Position numbers and translations under genes: made by a program. This document shows positions 11,633-19,370 of a DNA stretch of 19,370 nucleotides, piece by piece. Position 1 is the stretch's first letter, and each line of letters opens with the position of its first letter. The stretch comes from a virus (lineage: Duplodnaviria > Heunggongvirae > Uroviricota > Caudoviricetes), in the IMG/VR virus record IMGVR_UViG_2513237361_000014. The stretch is one strand, 5' to 3'. The notes beneath the pieces are model-generated. The model had not been told where the DNA came from. It searched no databases and saw only the letters and a list, made by a program, of their open reading frames with translations.

Positions 11633-12235
11633 TTATAAAACAGCATGGCGTTGCCGACCTCTGGGGCTATCCCAGATACCGTAAAAACGCCCTGCATTAC
11701 TGGCGGTATACCAGACAGTATGACGAATATTACGATGGCCAAGATAATCCTGGATAAGCCGTGTATCTACTCCCATATTCGCCAAAGCAAAACCACATGA
11801 ATGACGTAACATGTGAGGATGAATCTCTAGTGATAATCCAGCATTATCACCTGAAGTAGAGATGATTTGATAAAACTGTTGACGAGAAAGAGGATTCCCC
11901 TTGCGTGACAAAAACACCCACTCGCTCTCAGCATGTGGATAAGAAGTACGCATACTCAACCAGTTTTTTAAAGCCTGAACTTCTTTGTTTAAGAGCGGGT
12001 GTGTCGTTGAAAAGCCTTTTTTTAATCGATGGATATATATACACTTTGCCTTAAGATCAATATCTGAAATTCTCAATCGACAAATTTCACTCGCCCGGAA
12101 GCCATGAATAAAACAAAGTAAAGTCAGACAATAATTACGTGCAGCATGAGGCCCGGTATTTGCTGCTTTAAGGAGTAACTCGATTTCACTGTGGGTCAGG
12201 AAGTTCCTTTTTTTGTTATCAGCCTTATTCTTCAT
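11633..12235 (-). CDS. fimB: Type 1 fimbriae switch recombinase FimB
   Basis: 200-aa ORF MKNKADNKKRNFLTHSEIE...HPHMLRHSCGFALANMGVDTRLIQDYLGHRNIRHTVWYT. It lies 479 bp upstream of fimE on the same strand, as in the native fim locus. Confidence 0.92.
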   Translation of the reverse strand: MKNKADNKKRNFLTHSEIELLLKAANTGPHAARNYCLTLLCFIHGFRASEICRLRISDIDLKAKCIYIHRLKKGFSTTHPLLNKEVQALKNWLSMRTSYPHAESEWVFLSRKGNPLSRQQFYQIISTSGDNAGLSLEIHPHMLRHSCGFALANMGVDTRLIQDYLGHRNIRHTVWYTASNAGRFYGIWDSPRGRQRHAVL

Positions 12236-13262
12236 CGTTTTCCCTTATAATTGCAGACACGCACTAGCTGTACTGGGTTATTACCAGCCCAACATTTAGC
12301 CCTGATTATGTTTATAAAAGCGAACGTTTGTGTAATGACTAACGCAAGTGGATCAGCTCTTTTGAATGAACTAAAATGGAGTGGCGATAGTTACTTATAA
12401 TAACTTTGCCATACAAACGCTATATGCTCTTGTATGCTATGTTCATTAATATATTTATCAGCGTAAGACGAAATCCAATAATAAACCTCATGATCAATAT
12501 AACTATTCTTATCTATATATCATGTGATATCTTCTGTAACAAGCAAATCATCATAAAAATTTAATATTGCTTCTGTCAGCCATCTCACACATAACATTAT
12601 TAGTCAACTCTGTTTTTCCGCATAATTGCTATTTCATAGAAACCGGTAATTTTCAGGTGGCTATTATCATGCTAATGCTTAGTTTCCTAGCCATTATTAT
12701 CCTTTGGTTCGTAAACTCATGCTGTGAGGTTGTTACATCCCTTTTTCATACTGTGTATTTCCCGGAGATATGAGGAAAGCCAGGACACGCTTTTTCCATC
12801 TGCATTCGTTGCTAAAGATAGCTTTGGTCACTACGACTTAAACCTTCCTGACTCACAGCTATTCGCCGGGTGATACGGCAACAAACGGATTGAAACATCA
12901 TCCTGAAAATACCGATGCGTGCTGAACATCAACAAGCCTGCCCGGAACAACTCCGGGAGTTCCCAGCTACGTGCCACAAAGCAGGAAACATATTTCATGA
13001 TGAGAATTATGCCCAGTCTGATGGCGGATAGACACTTATCTTTACCATGCTCGCTGAGTTATCTTGCAAATCGCCTCCTGTTTGAACTAAAAATAAATAA
13101 CATATAAAACAAATAATTAAAGAAAAACCTTTGGTTTATGAAGAGCTCCGCAAGTGGTCATCTGGCTTCACATAGCATCTTCTTCTTAGAAAAATATCGA
13201 CATATTTTGTGACACGAATTGCAAATCTGGTTTTGTTGTATGGATTGTGTGATTTTTGATCT

Positions 13263-13281
13263 GGTATAACAGGTATAAAGG
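13263..13281. promoter_or_regulatory. NanR-type operator (GGTATA hexamer repeats) in the fimB-nanC divergent regulatory region
   Basis: GGTATAACAGGTATAAAGG, with repeated GGTATA units of the kind bound by NanR at sialic-acid promoters, about 430 bp upstream of nanC in a 1.46 kb AT-rich intergenic region. Confidence 0.5.
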
Positions 13282-13692
13282 TTCACCAAGACAATAAATG
13301 AAGCTGGGCATCTCGCAATCTATGACAAACATCACTTCAGTTCTTTCTCATCGGGTGATGAAAACGCACTTCAGTCTGAAAGGAGTATGAAAATGAGATC
13401 AACAAACAATCTATTTTATGACTCTGGGTAAAATGGATTGAGTAAGTGATATAGCTTACGAACATTCAAATCAATTAAACATCAGAAGAGATTTTATACT
13501 CAGGTATTTAATCTGGTCCTCTGTATATTTAAATAATGTGGAAAGTGAATTTTCACAGGAGACCTTATACAAAAAATATAAAATACAGCTATCCGCTGCC
13601 AAAGACACTATAAGCCTGGCAAAAAATATTACACGACATAAATGCTAATTGTTTATGCGGGCTTTGTATTACTTTCTGTATCCTACAAATGA

Positions 13693-14418
13693 GTGAAATT
13701 TATGAAAAAGGCTAAAATACTTTCTGGCGTATTATTACTCTGCTTTTCGTCGCCATTAATTTCTCAGGCTGCAACACTGGACGTCCGTGGTGGATATCGT
13801 AGTGGGAGCCATGCTTATGAAACTCGACTCAAAGTCAGTGAGGGATGGCAAAATGGATGGTGGGCAAGTCTTGAAAGTAATACCTGGAACACTATTCATG
13901 ATAATAAAAAAGAAAATGCCGCACTCAATGATGTTCAGGTCGAAGTTAATTACGCAATAAAACTTGATGATCAATGGACTGTGCGCCCGGGAATGTTAAC
14001 CCATTTTAGCAGCAACGGTACACGCTACGGACCTTACGTAAAACTGTCCTGGGATGCGACAAAAGATCTCAATTTTGGCATTCGCTATCGTTACGACTGG
14101 AAAGCCTACCGACAGCAAGACTTATCCGGCGATATGTCTCGTGATAACGTTCATCGTTGGGATGGATATGTCACTTACCATATTAATAGTGATTTCACCT
14201 TCGCCTGGCAAACAACGCTATACAGCAAACAAAACGATTATCGCTATGCAAACCATAAGAAATGGGCGACGGAAAATGCATTTGTTCTACAATACCATAT
14301 GACGCCAGATATTACGCCATACATAGAATATGACTACCTTGACCGTCAGGGTGTTTACAACGGTAGAGATAATTTATCTGAAAACAGTTATCGCATTGGT
14401 GTGTCATTTAAACTGTAG
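13693..14418 (+). CDS. nanC: N-acetylneuraminic acid outer-membrane channel NanC (KdgM family); start could be 13693 or the ATG at 13702
   Basis: Signal peptide (MKKAKILSGVLLLCFSSPLISQA), beta-barrel pattern, C-terminal ...YRIGVSFKL. Confidence 0.85.
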   Translation: MKFMKKAKILSGVLLLCFSSPLISQAATLDVRGGYRSGSHAYETRLKVSEGWQNGWWASLESNTWNTIHDNKKENAALNDVQVEVNYAIKLDDQWTVRPGMLTHFSSNGTRYGPYVKLSWDATKDLNFGIRYRYDWKAYRQQDLSGDMSRDNVHRWDGYVTYHINSDFTFAWQTTLYSKQNDYRYANHKKWATENAFVLQYHMTPDITPYIEYDYLDRQGVYNGRDNLSENSYRIGVSFKL

Positions 14419-14437
14419 TAGACAGGAGACAGTCACA

Positions 14438-15544
14438 ATGAATAAAAAAATAATGGCACTTGCTATCATAATGGCTTCATTTGCCGCAAACGCGTCTGTA
14501 TTACCAGAAACCCCTGTGCCTTTTAAAAGCGGTACTGGAGTGATTGATAACAACACTGTCTACATTGGTTTAGGTAGCGCAGGAGCAGCATGGTACAAGC
14601 TGGATACGCAAGCCAAAGATAAGAAATGGATAGCCCTGGCGGAATTCCCGGCTGGCCCGAGAGATCAAGCAACCTCTGCATTTATTGATGGTAATTTGTA
14701 TGTATTTGGCGGTGTTGGTAAAAACAGAGATGGGTTAACTCAGGTATTCAACGACGTACACAAATATAATCCCGAAACCAATACCTGGGTTAAATTGATG
14801 TCACACGCACCGATGGGCATGGCGGGTCATGTGACTTTTGTACACAACGGCAAGGCTTATGTTACTGGCGGTGTTAACCAGAATATCTTCAATGGCTATT
14901 TTGAAGATCTCAATGAGGCTGGAAAAGATTCAAAGACTATAGATAAAATCAACGCCAACTATTTTGACAAAAAAGCAGAAGATTATTTCTTCAATAAGTT
15001 TCTGTTGTCTTTTGAGCCCTCTACACAGCAATGGAGTTATGCTGGTGAATCTCCCTGGTACGGTACGGCTGGAGCGGCGGTAGCAAATAAAGGTGATAAA
15101 ACCTGGCTTATTAATGGCGAGGCAAAACCAGGATTGCGAACTGATGCTGTATTTGAGCTTGATTTCACCAGCAATAACATAAAATGGAATAAACTTTCTC
15201 CCGTCTCCTCACCGGATGGCGTAGCTGGCGGTTTTGCTGGTATTAGCAATGACTCTCTTATATTTGCCGGAGGAGCCGGATTTAAAGGTTCACGGGAAAA
15301 TTACCAGAACGGTAAGAACTATGCGCATGAAGGCCTGAAAAAATCGTATAGCGCTGATATTCATCTTTGGCATAACGGGAAATGGGAGAAATCTGGCGAA
15401 CTGTCGCAAGGTCGGGCCTACGGAGTATCATTACCCTGGAATAATAGCTTATTGATTATTGGCGGTGAAACTACGGGCGGCAAAGCTGTGGCGGATTCAG
15501 TGTTACTCTCTGTGAAAGATAATAAAGTGACTGTGCAAAACTAA
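14438..15544 (+). CDS. nanM: N-acetylneuraminate mutarotase NanM (YjhT), Kelch-repeat periplasmic protein
   Basis: ATG at 14438 preceded by AGGAGA. Signal peptide MNKKIMALAIIMASFAANA, with repeated GG/GGV Kelch-like motifs. The ORF track's 14330 start includes an untranslated leader. Confidence 0.88.
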   Translation: MNKKIMALAIIMASFAANASVLPETPVPFKSGTGVIDNNTVYIGLGSAGAAWYKLDTQAKDKKWIALAEFPAGPRDQATSAFIDGNLYVFGGVGKNRDGLTQVFNDVHKYNPETNTWVKLMSHAPMGMAGHVTFVHNGKAYVTGGVNQNIFNGYFEDLNEAGKDSKTIDKINANYFDKKAEDYFFNKFLLSFEPSTQQWSYAGESPWYGTAGAAVANKGDKTWLINGEAKPGLRTDAVFELDFTSNNIKWNKLSPVSSPDGVAGGFAGISNDSLIFAGGAGFKGSRENYQNGKNYAHEGLKKSYSADIHLWHNGKWEKSGELSQGRAYGVSLPWNNSLLIIGGETTGGKAVADSVLLSVKDNKVTVQN

Positions 15545-15549
15545 CTTTT

Positions 15550-15573
15550 CAGGGCTCCAGTAAAGGAGCCCTG
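15550..15573 (+). other. Perfect 9-bp stem-loop between nanM and nanS
   Basis: CAGGGCTCC - AGTAAA - GGAGCCCTG, 6 bp after the nanM stop. It has no strong U-tract, so it is more likely an RNA-stability or processing hairpin within the operon than a full terminator. Confidence 0.4.
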
Positions 15574-15608
15574 ATATCAATTCATCATTTTAATTACGCG
15601 ACATTTAT

Positions 15609-16595
15609 ATGAACGCAATAATATCGCCCGATTATTACTATGTTCTTACCGTTGCCGGTCAGTCTAATGCTATGGCGTATGGCGAAGGACTCCCGTTACC
15701 AGACAGTGAAGATGCGCCTCATCCCAGAATAAAACAACTGGCGAGATTCACTCAGACGCATCCCGGTGGCCCGTTATGTCAATTTAATGACATTATTCCA
15801 CTGACTCACTGCCCACACGATGTCCAGGATATGCAGGGTTATCACCATCCTCTGGCAACGAATCATCAAACACAGTACGGCACCGTTGGCCAGGCACTAC
15901 ATATTGCGCGGAAATTACTGCCCTTCATTCCTGATAATGCAGGCGTTCTTATCGTTCCCTGTTGCCGTGGTGGATCGGCTTTTACCACGGGCAGCGAAGG
16001 GACATATTCAGAACAGCACGGAGCCAGCCATGATTCATGTCGTTGGGGAGCGGATACTCCGCTGTATCAGGATTTAGTCAACAGAACACGAACGGCACTG
16101 TCAAAGAATCCGCAGAATAAATTCCTCGGCATATGCTGGATGCAGGGCGAATTTGACTTAATGACCAGTGACTACGCGTTACATCCTCAATACTTTAATC
16201 ATATGGTTGAAGCCTTTCGTGAGGATTTGAAACAGTATCGTTCTCAGCTTAATAATATTGCTGCCGCTCCGTGGTTTTGCGGCGATACCACCTGGTACTG
16301 GAAAGAAAATTACTCTCATGCGTATGATACGATTTATGGCAATTATAAAAATAATGCCTTAGCCAATATTATTTTCGTCGGCTTCCAGCAACAAGGTGAA
16401 AGAGGGCTGACGAACGAGCCAGATGAAGATCCGGACGATTTTAGCACGGGATATTACGGTTCAGCGTACCGAACACCAGAAAACTGGACGACGGTGCTAC
16501 GCAGCAGTCATTTCAGCTCAGCAGCCCGTCGGGGGATTATTTCTGACAAATTTGTTGAAGCTATTTTACGGTATTGGTGCGAAAGGTGGCTTTAA
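15609..16595 (+). CDS. nanS: N-acetyl-9-O-acetylneuraminate esterase NanS (YjhS)
   Basis: 328-aa ORF MNAIISPDYYYVLTVAGQSNAMAYGEG..., with an SGNH-like esterase N-terminus (GQSNA), following nanC-nanM as in the nanCMS operon. Confidence 0.85.
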   Translation: MNAIISPDYYYVLTVAGQSNAMAYGEGLPLPDSEDAPHPRIKQLARFTQTHPGGPLCQFNDIIPLTHCPHDVQDMQGYHHPLATNHQTQYGTVGQALHIARKLLPFIPDNAGVLIVPCCRGGSAFTTGSEGTYSEQHGASHDSCRWGADTPLYQDLVNRTRTALSKNPQNKFLGICWMQGEFDLMTSDYALHPQYFNHMVEAFREDLKQYRSQLNNIAAAPWFCGDTTWYWKENYSHAYDTIYGNYKNNALANIIFVGFQQQGERGLTNEPDEDPDDFSTGYYGSAYRTPENWTTVLRSSHFSSAARRGIISDKFVEAILRYWCERWL

Positions 16596-16596
16596 T

Positions 16597-16905
16597 ATGC
16601 GCCACGATGACACCACCGTCGCGCTGGAAGCGGCGCATATAAAATGGAAACAGCACGGCGGCCCTTGTGAAATCCCCAATGGTCTGGCGCTTTGCGCAAT
16701 TCACCATAAAGCCTTTGATAAAGGATCGATTGGCCTGGATGAAAATATGCGGGTACTGGTCTCGGATGCGGTAAACGGCGGAGGGATCGTTGAGAAACTA
16801 TTCTGGGATTTTGACGGGAAAACTATTGCGTTGCCGCAGGTGCGTAAAAATTACCCTTTTGAGGGGTTTGTGGAGTGGCATCGGAAAGAGGTTTTTAGGG
16901 GGTGA
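16597..16905 (+). pseudogene. HNH-nuclease-family C-terminal fragment (~103 codons)
   Basis: MRHDDTTVALEAAHIKWKQHGGPCEIPNGLALCAIHHKAFDKGSIGLDENMRVLV carries an H-N-H core (AAHIKW ... NGLALCAIHH). The ATG sits 1 bp after the nanS stop with no room for the N-terminal domain expected of full-length proteins. The ORF track's 16423 start is an out-of-frame overlap with nanS. Confidence 0.45.
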
Positions 16906-16912
16906 GGTTTGC

Positions 16913-16956
16913 TGTAAATAGACCCGTTTTAGTTCCATGCATTTTTTGAGCTCCCG
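16913..16956. repeat. Left inverted repeat (38 bp perfect, 44 bp with one mismatch)
   Basis: TGTAAATAGACCCGTTTTAGTTCCATGCATTTTTTGAG at 16913-16950 is the exact reverse complement of 18137-18174. The match extends to 16956 / 18131 with one mismatch. Confidence 0.9.
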
Positions 16957-17264
16957 ACACTGCTAAATCCGCGCTGGGGCAAGTTGGGTTTAGGTTGCGC
17001 CAGAAGATGGCAACTCATCATGGTATGCAGTTCGTTCCATGGCTGAGAGTCACACTGGAGCAAGAGTTTGTACATAACAATCCGGCCAAAGTTAATGATG
17101 ATAATTTCAATAACGATATTGCCGGAACAAGAGGAAGTTGCCAGGCTGGCATCAGCGCGGCTACCACGCCGCACACACATATTTACGCCAGCATAAATTA
17201 TGAGAAAGGTGATGGGGTGGAATCGCCATGGACTGGAAACATTGGCTTTAATTATAGTTTCTAA
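16950..17264 (+). pseudogene. Outer-membrane beta-barrel protein C-terminal fragment (autotransporter- or porin-type)
   Basis: Frame opens right at the inner edge of the left repeat and ends ...YASINYEKGDGVESPWTGNIGFNYSF, with a C-terminal aromatic residue and alternating hydrophobic pattern typical of barrel C-termini. There is no signal peptide or N-terminal domain. Confidence 0.4.
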
Positions 17265-17370
17265 TATGGCATTTCATGTTTATATCAATTCCTATATATC
17301 CATTGCTTTTACAATCAAATGAGAACACCATTCATTATCTTAACAATAGAGATGAAGTCAGGAGACAGCC

Positions 17371-17964
17371 ATGTCATTGCTAGAGTCATTTGGGAAAGTA
17401 TTAATTATATTGCTTGAAGCATTTTTAGGGAAACGCAAAGGTCAGGAGGAAGCACATATTAATTTTTTAAATGAATATACGAAAGAAAACTGCAACCATC
17501 GTTTGGTAGAATATTGGTTTTGTCAGCTCACAGGATGGCGTTACGCAAAGTACCAGGATATTGTTTTTATAATGATCTCATCCGACCCATCAAAAATATT
17601 GTATATGGCTAAAGGCATTAATTACATTGCCCGTACAGTGGAATTTATTGATAGTGGAGAATGCAAACTATCCGATAGATATAAAGAAACGAAAAAGAAT
17701 ACATTCCTCTTTTTGTTCATATCATTCATGATCATTTTCTTCATATTAATTGCCTGGATGGTATCCTCTGTAATATCTCTGATAACACATCATCATGATG
17801 TCATATTAATGGCTATAAATATTTCATCGATAATAGCAGGTGCGATTTTTATCATGTGCTTTGCATTCTTCATTCATGCAATAACAATGGAGTTTTTTGC
17901 CTTTGAAAAGGCAGAGCATTTTGTAAAATCTTACAATGCAGAAAGAGCATCATCAGGTCGTTAA
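17371..17964 (+). CDS. Hypothetical membrane protein (197 aa), unrecognised
   Basis: ATG with AGGAGA 7 bp upstream. AT-rich codon usage unlike the flanking genes. Hydrophobic N-terminus, a ~100-aa hydrophilic region, then two strong transmembrane helices (FLFLFISFMIIFFILIAWMVSSVISLI and VILMAINISSIIAGAIFIMCFAFFIHAI). Confidence 0.55.
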   Translation: MSLLESFGKVLIILLEAFLGKRKGQEEAHINFLNEYTKENCNHRLVEYWFCQLTGWRYAKYQDIVFIMISSDPSKILYMAKGINYIARTVEFIDSGECKLSDRYKETKKNTFLFLFISFMIIFFILIAWMVSSVISLITHHHDVILMAINISSIIAGAIFIMCFAFFIHAITMEFFAFEKAEHFVKSYNAERASSGR

Positions 17965-18130
17965 TGTTTGCCTCTATATTAATGCTACTGCTATCGCCAC
18001 CTATTAATATCTGCCAATCAATAGGCAAAAAGGTGATACCAGTGGCATCAAAATTTCAGCCAAACAATCTTTGTAAGACGAAGATCTCTGATTTAGCACT
18101 GCACTGATTTTGGGCCAGGGTCAATTTGGC

Positions 18131-18174
18131 CGGGATCTCAAAAAATGCATGGAACTAAAACGGGTCTATTTACA
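18131..18174. repeat. Right inverted repeat, partner of 16913-16956
   Basis: Reverse complement of 18137-18174 equals 16913-16950 exactly. Confidence 0.9.
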
Positions 18175-18306
18175 ACCGGACTGTCAGCGGCAACACTCCC
18201 GCACATGGATTATGAGGTGGCAGGCACACCGGCACAGCGCAAGGTGTGGCAGGACAAAATAGACCAGCAGGCAGCAGAGCTTAAGGCCAGAGGACTGCTG
18301 TCATGA
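18145..18306 (+). CDS. Short ORF (53 aa), possibly the 3' remnant of a P4-like late gene (sid-like by position only)
   Basis: Its ATG lies inside the right repeat; translation MHGTKTGLFTTGLSAATLPHMDYEVAGTPAQRKVWQDKIDQQAAELKARGLLS. Its stop overlaps the next ATG (ATGA), a hallmark of coupled phage genes. No sequence-level identification. Confidence 0.2.
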   Translation: MHGTKTGLFTTGLSAATLPHMDYEVAGTPAQRKVWQDKIDQQAAELKARGLLS

Positions 18307-18383
18307 TGCGCTGCCATTTCTGTCGTCATTCTGCGCATACCCGCACCGGCAAGCACAGCACCGGCTGTTGTCCGAAAAGTTAA
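18303..18383 (+). pseudogene. Ogr/Delta-family zinc-finger transcription activator, N-terminal stub (26 codons)
   Basis: MMRCHFCRHSAHTRTGKHST aligns with the P2 Ogr N-terminus as I recall it (MFHCPLCQHAAHARTSRYIT): the C-x2-C, H-x-A-H and R-T positions are conserved. It then terminates early, whereas full Ogr/Delta proteins are 72-166 aa. Confidence 0.4.
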
Positions 18384-18437
18384 AGGCTGTTACAGCTCAC
18401 CATTCAACCATTAATCAGGAGACGGGGTGTGACTACA

Positions 18438-18572
18438 ATGTCATTACAGCAGGCTTTTGAGGTCTGCCAGAATAATAAAGCGGCATGGCTTCAGCGCAAA
18501 AATGAACTAGCGGCAGCCGAACAGGAATATCTGCGGCTTCTGTCCGGGGAAGGCAGGAATGTCAGCCGGCTT
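18438..18572 (+). pseudogene. psu: Polarity suppression protein Psu (P4-type) N-terminal ~45 codons; after ~18572 the frame runs into unrelated sequence
   Basis: MSLQQAFEVCQNNKAAWLQRKNELAAAEQEYLRLLSGEGRNVSRL matches the Psu N-terminus from memory. Similarity stops exactly where the convergent minus-strand ORF ends (18571). Confidence 0.5.
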
Positions 18573-18705
18573 ACGGGTTCCAGACAATGTCCGGGCAGCG
18601 GTACGGCATTTCCCACGGAATACCGTCTTCCAGAATGCCGACCACGGCCACATCGGGAAAACCGGCAGAACGGTAAATCTCACCGGGCTGGGGAAAATCA
18701 AACAT
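18571..18705 (-). CDS. Small ORF A (44 aa), hypothetical
   Basis: [44 protein letters not shown]. Its ATG overlaps the stop of ORF B (ATGTTTGA). It is below the 60-aa cutoff of the ORF track. Confidence 0.3.
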   Translation of the reverse strand: MFDFPQPGEIYRSAGFPDVAVVGILEDGIPWEMPYRCPDIVWNP

Positions 18706-18985
18706 GCGTCCTGTCTCCCCGGTCTTTCTGCTGGGCGAGAAAATCGCGGCACAGGCCTTTGGCTTTCAGCTCATTCAGCACAAAATCAATATCTTCATTC
18801 AGGTAGCTGAAAATATGCGGAATATAGAGCTGATGCAGGCCGGAGAGTTCACGGTGAATCAAATCACCCCCAACAAACTGGGATACGGCGCTGGCGCGGT
18901 TGAGCTTATGGTAAGCCTCAATGCTGAGGTGTTCACGGGCGTCATGACGCGCTGAGACGGTCTGAGGGGCTTTTTTATTACGCAC
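18698..18985 (-). CDS. Small ORF B (~95 aa from GTG at 18985), hypothetical
   Basis: GGAGG lies 6 nt upstream of the GTG. Protein-like composition (...[69 protein letters not shown]...). The 147-aa form in the ORF track has an implausible Pro/Val/Cys-rich N-terminus. Confidence 0.4.
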   Translation of the reverse strand: MRNKKAPQTVSARHDAREHLSIEAYHKLNRASAVSQFVGGDLIHRELSGLHQLYIPHIFSYLNEDIDFVLNELKAKGLCRDFLAQQKDRGDRTHV

Positions 18986-19133
18986 GGGACACCTCCACCA
19001 CCGGCAGACGGGCAGCAAGGGAGAGCACATAGTCACGGACAAGGGAACGGCGGGCGCTGCGTTCATCACCGGCGACGGTGCGAAGCATACAGATACGGGG
19101 ATGACGGTCTGCGCGACGGACAGCCGCAAACAC
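18978..19133 (-). CDS. Small ORF C (51 aa from GTG at 19133, or 36 aa from ATG at 19088), hypothetical
   Basis: ...[36 protein letters not shown]. Its stop overlaps the ORF B start (GTGCGTAA). Coding status is uncertain. Confidence 0.25.
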   Translation of the reverse strand: MFAAVRRADRHPRICMLRTVAGDERSARRSLVRDYVLSLAARLPVVEVSRA

Positions 19134-19214
19134 AAAGACAAATTCAGGGTGTGAGGGGGTAAGGGTTGTAGCCAGGAAAAGCGCGCCAGCCGTCAGGTGA
19201 CAGTCCCGGCGGTG

Positions 19215-19370
19215 ATGCTGGAAAAAGTGATGGCGCTGGCAGGCAGTGAAATGAAGCGCCTGTATGCCGTCGGGAGTGAGAACGGGGGCGACGGTGACGC
19301 ATTCGTCAGGGAGGAACGCGAAGCAATGGACGTTGTGTTACAGGCGCTGGACGGGGAGCACATGTCATGA
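19215..19370 (+). CDS. Small ORF (51 aa), hypothetical; stop TGA at the window end overlaps an ATG (ATGA) that would start a gene beyond the window
   Basis: [51 protein letters not shown] has protein-like composition. It is divergent from ORF C across a ~60-bp gap. Confidence 0.3.
   Translation: MLEKVMALAGSEMKRLYAVGSENGGDGDAFVREEREAMDVVLQALDGEHMS

Noticed and set aside
12567-13107. Short ORFs (68 and 62 aa) in the fimB-nanC intergenic region
   Set aside because: They lie in an AT-rich regulatory spacer, have no ribosome-binding sites and low-complexity translations; more likely chance ORFs than genes.
16423-16905. 160-aa ORF as a single gene
   Set aside because: Its first ~58 codons overlap nanS in a different frame; only the part from the ATG at 16597 onward (the HNH domain) is plausibly coding.
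16913-18174. Inverted repeats as ends of a known transposon family (Tn3-, Tn7- or Mu-type)
   Set aside because: The repeat begins with TGT and shares a short TGGAAC-AAAAC-like stretch with some transposon ends, but overall identity is poor, there is no target-site duplication and no transposase gene; the resemblance is not enough to name a family.
18559-18955. Plus-strand ORFs 18559..18810 and 18704..18955
   Set aside because: They overlap minus-strand ORFs that have better start context (GGAGG before a GTG start; ATG/TGA coupling) and more protein-like composition; kept only as an alternative.

Overview
This 19.4 kb window reads as a patchwork of Escherichia coli-type sequence blocks rather than one natural contiguous locus, and I found no coherent, well-supported novel system in it. 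All protein identities below come from reading the supplied translations against remembered protein families; no database search was run. In order: (1) a kefG 5' fragment; (2) a minus-strand block of Mu-like phage baseplate genes, cut at both ends; (3) a tufB-type EF-Tu gene with a 1-bp deletion frameshift, beginning at its own GTG start codon with no native upstream context; (4) plus-strand phage tail and tail-fibre fragments; (5) an intact housekeeping block bamD, rluD, yfiH/pgeF, clpB with the clpB heat-shock promoter and terminator; (6) a 5'-truncated glutamate decarboxylase gene; (7) an intact fimE, fimB, long regulatory intergenic region, nanC, nanM, nanS block; (8) an HNH-nuclease C-terminal fragment; (9) a 1.26 kb low-GC segment bounded by perfect 38-bp inverted repeats, carrying an outer-membrane beta-barrel fragment and an unrecognised membrane protein; (10) a compressed P4-satellite-like late-gene remnant (Ogr/Delta-type zinc-finger stub and truncated psu); (11) a tail of small overlapping ORFs of unknown function. 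The most noteworthy points are the abrupt junctions themselves, several at exact CDS boundaries, which suggest an engineered, composite or misassembled sequence; the inverted-repeat-bounded segment; and the small-ORF cluster converging on the truncated psu. I saw no rRNA, tRNA or CRISPR array.
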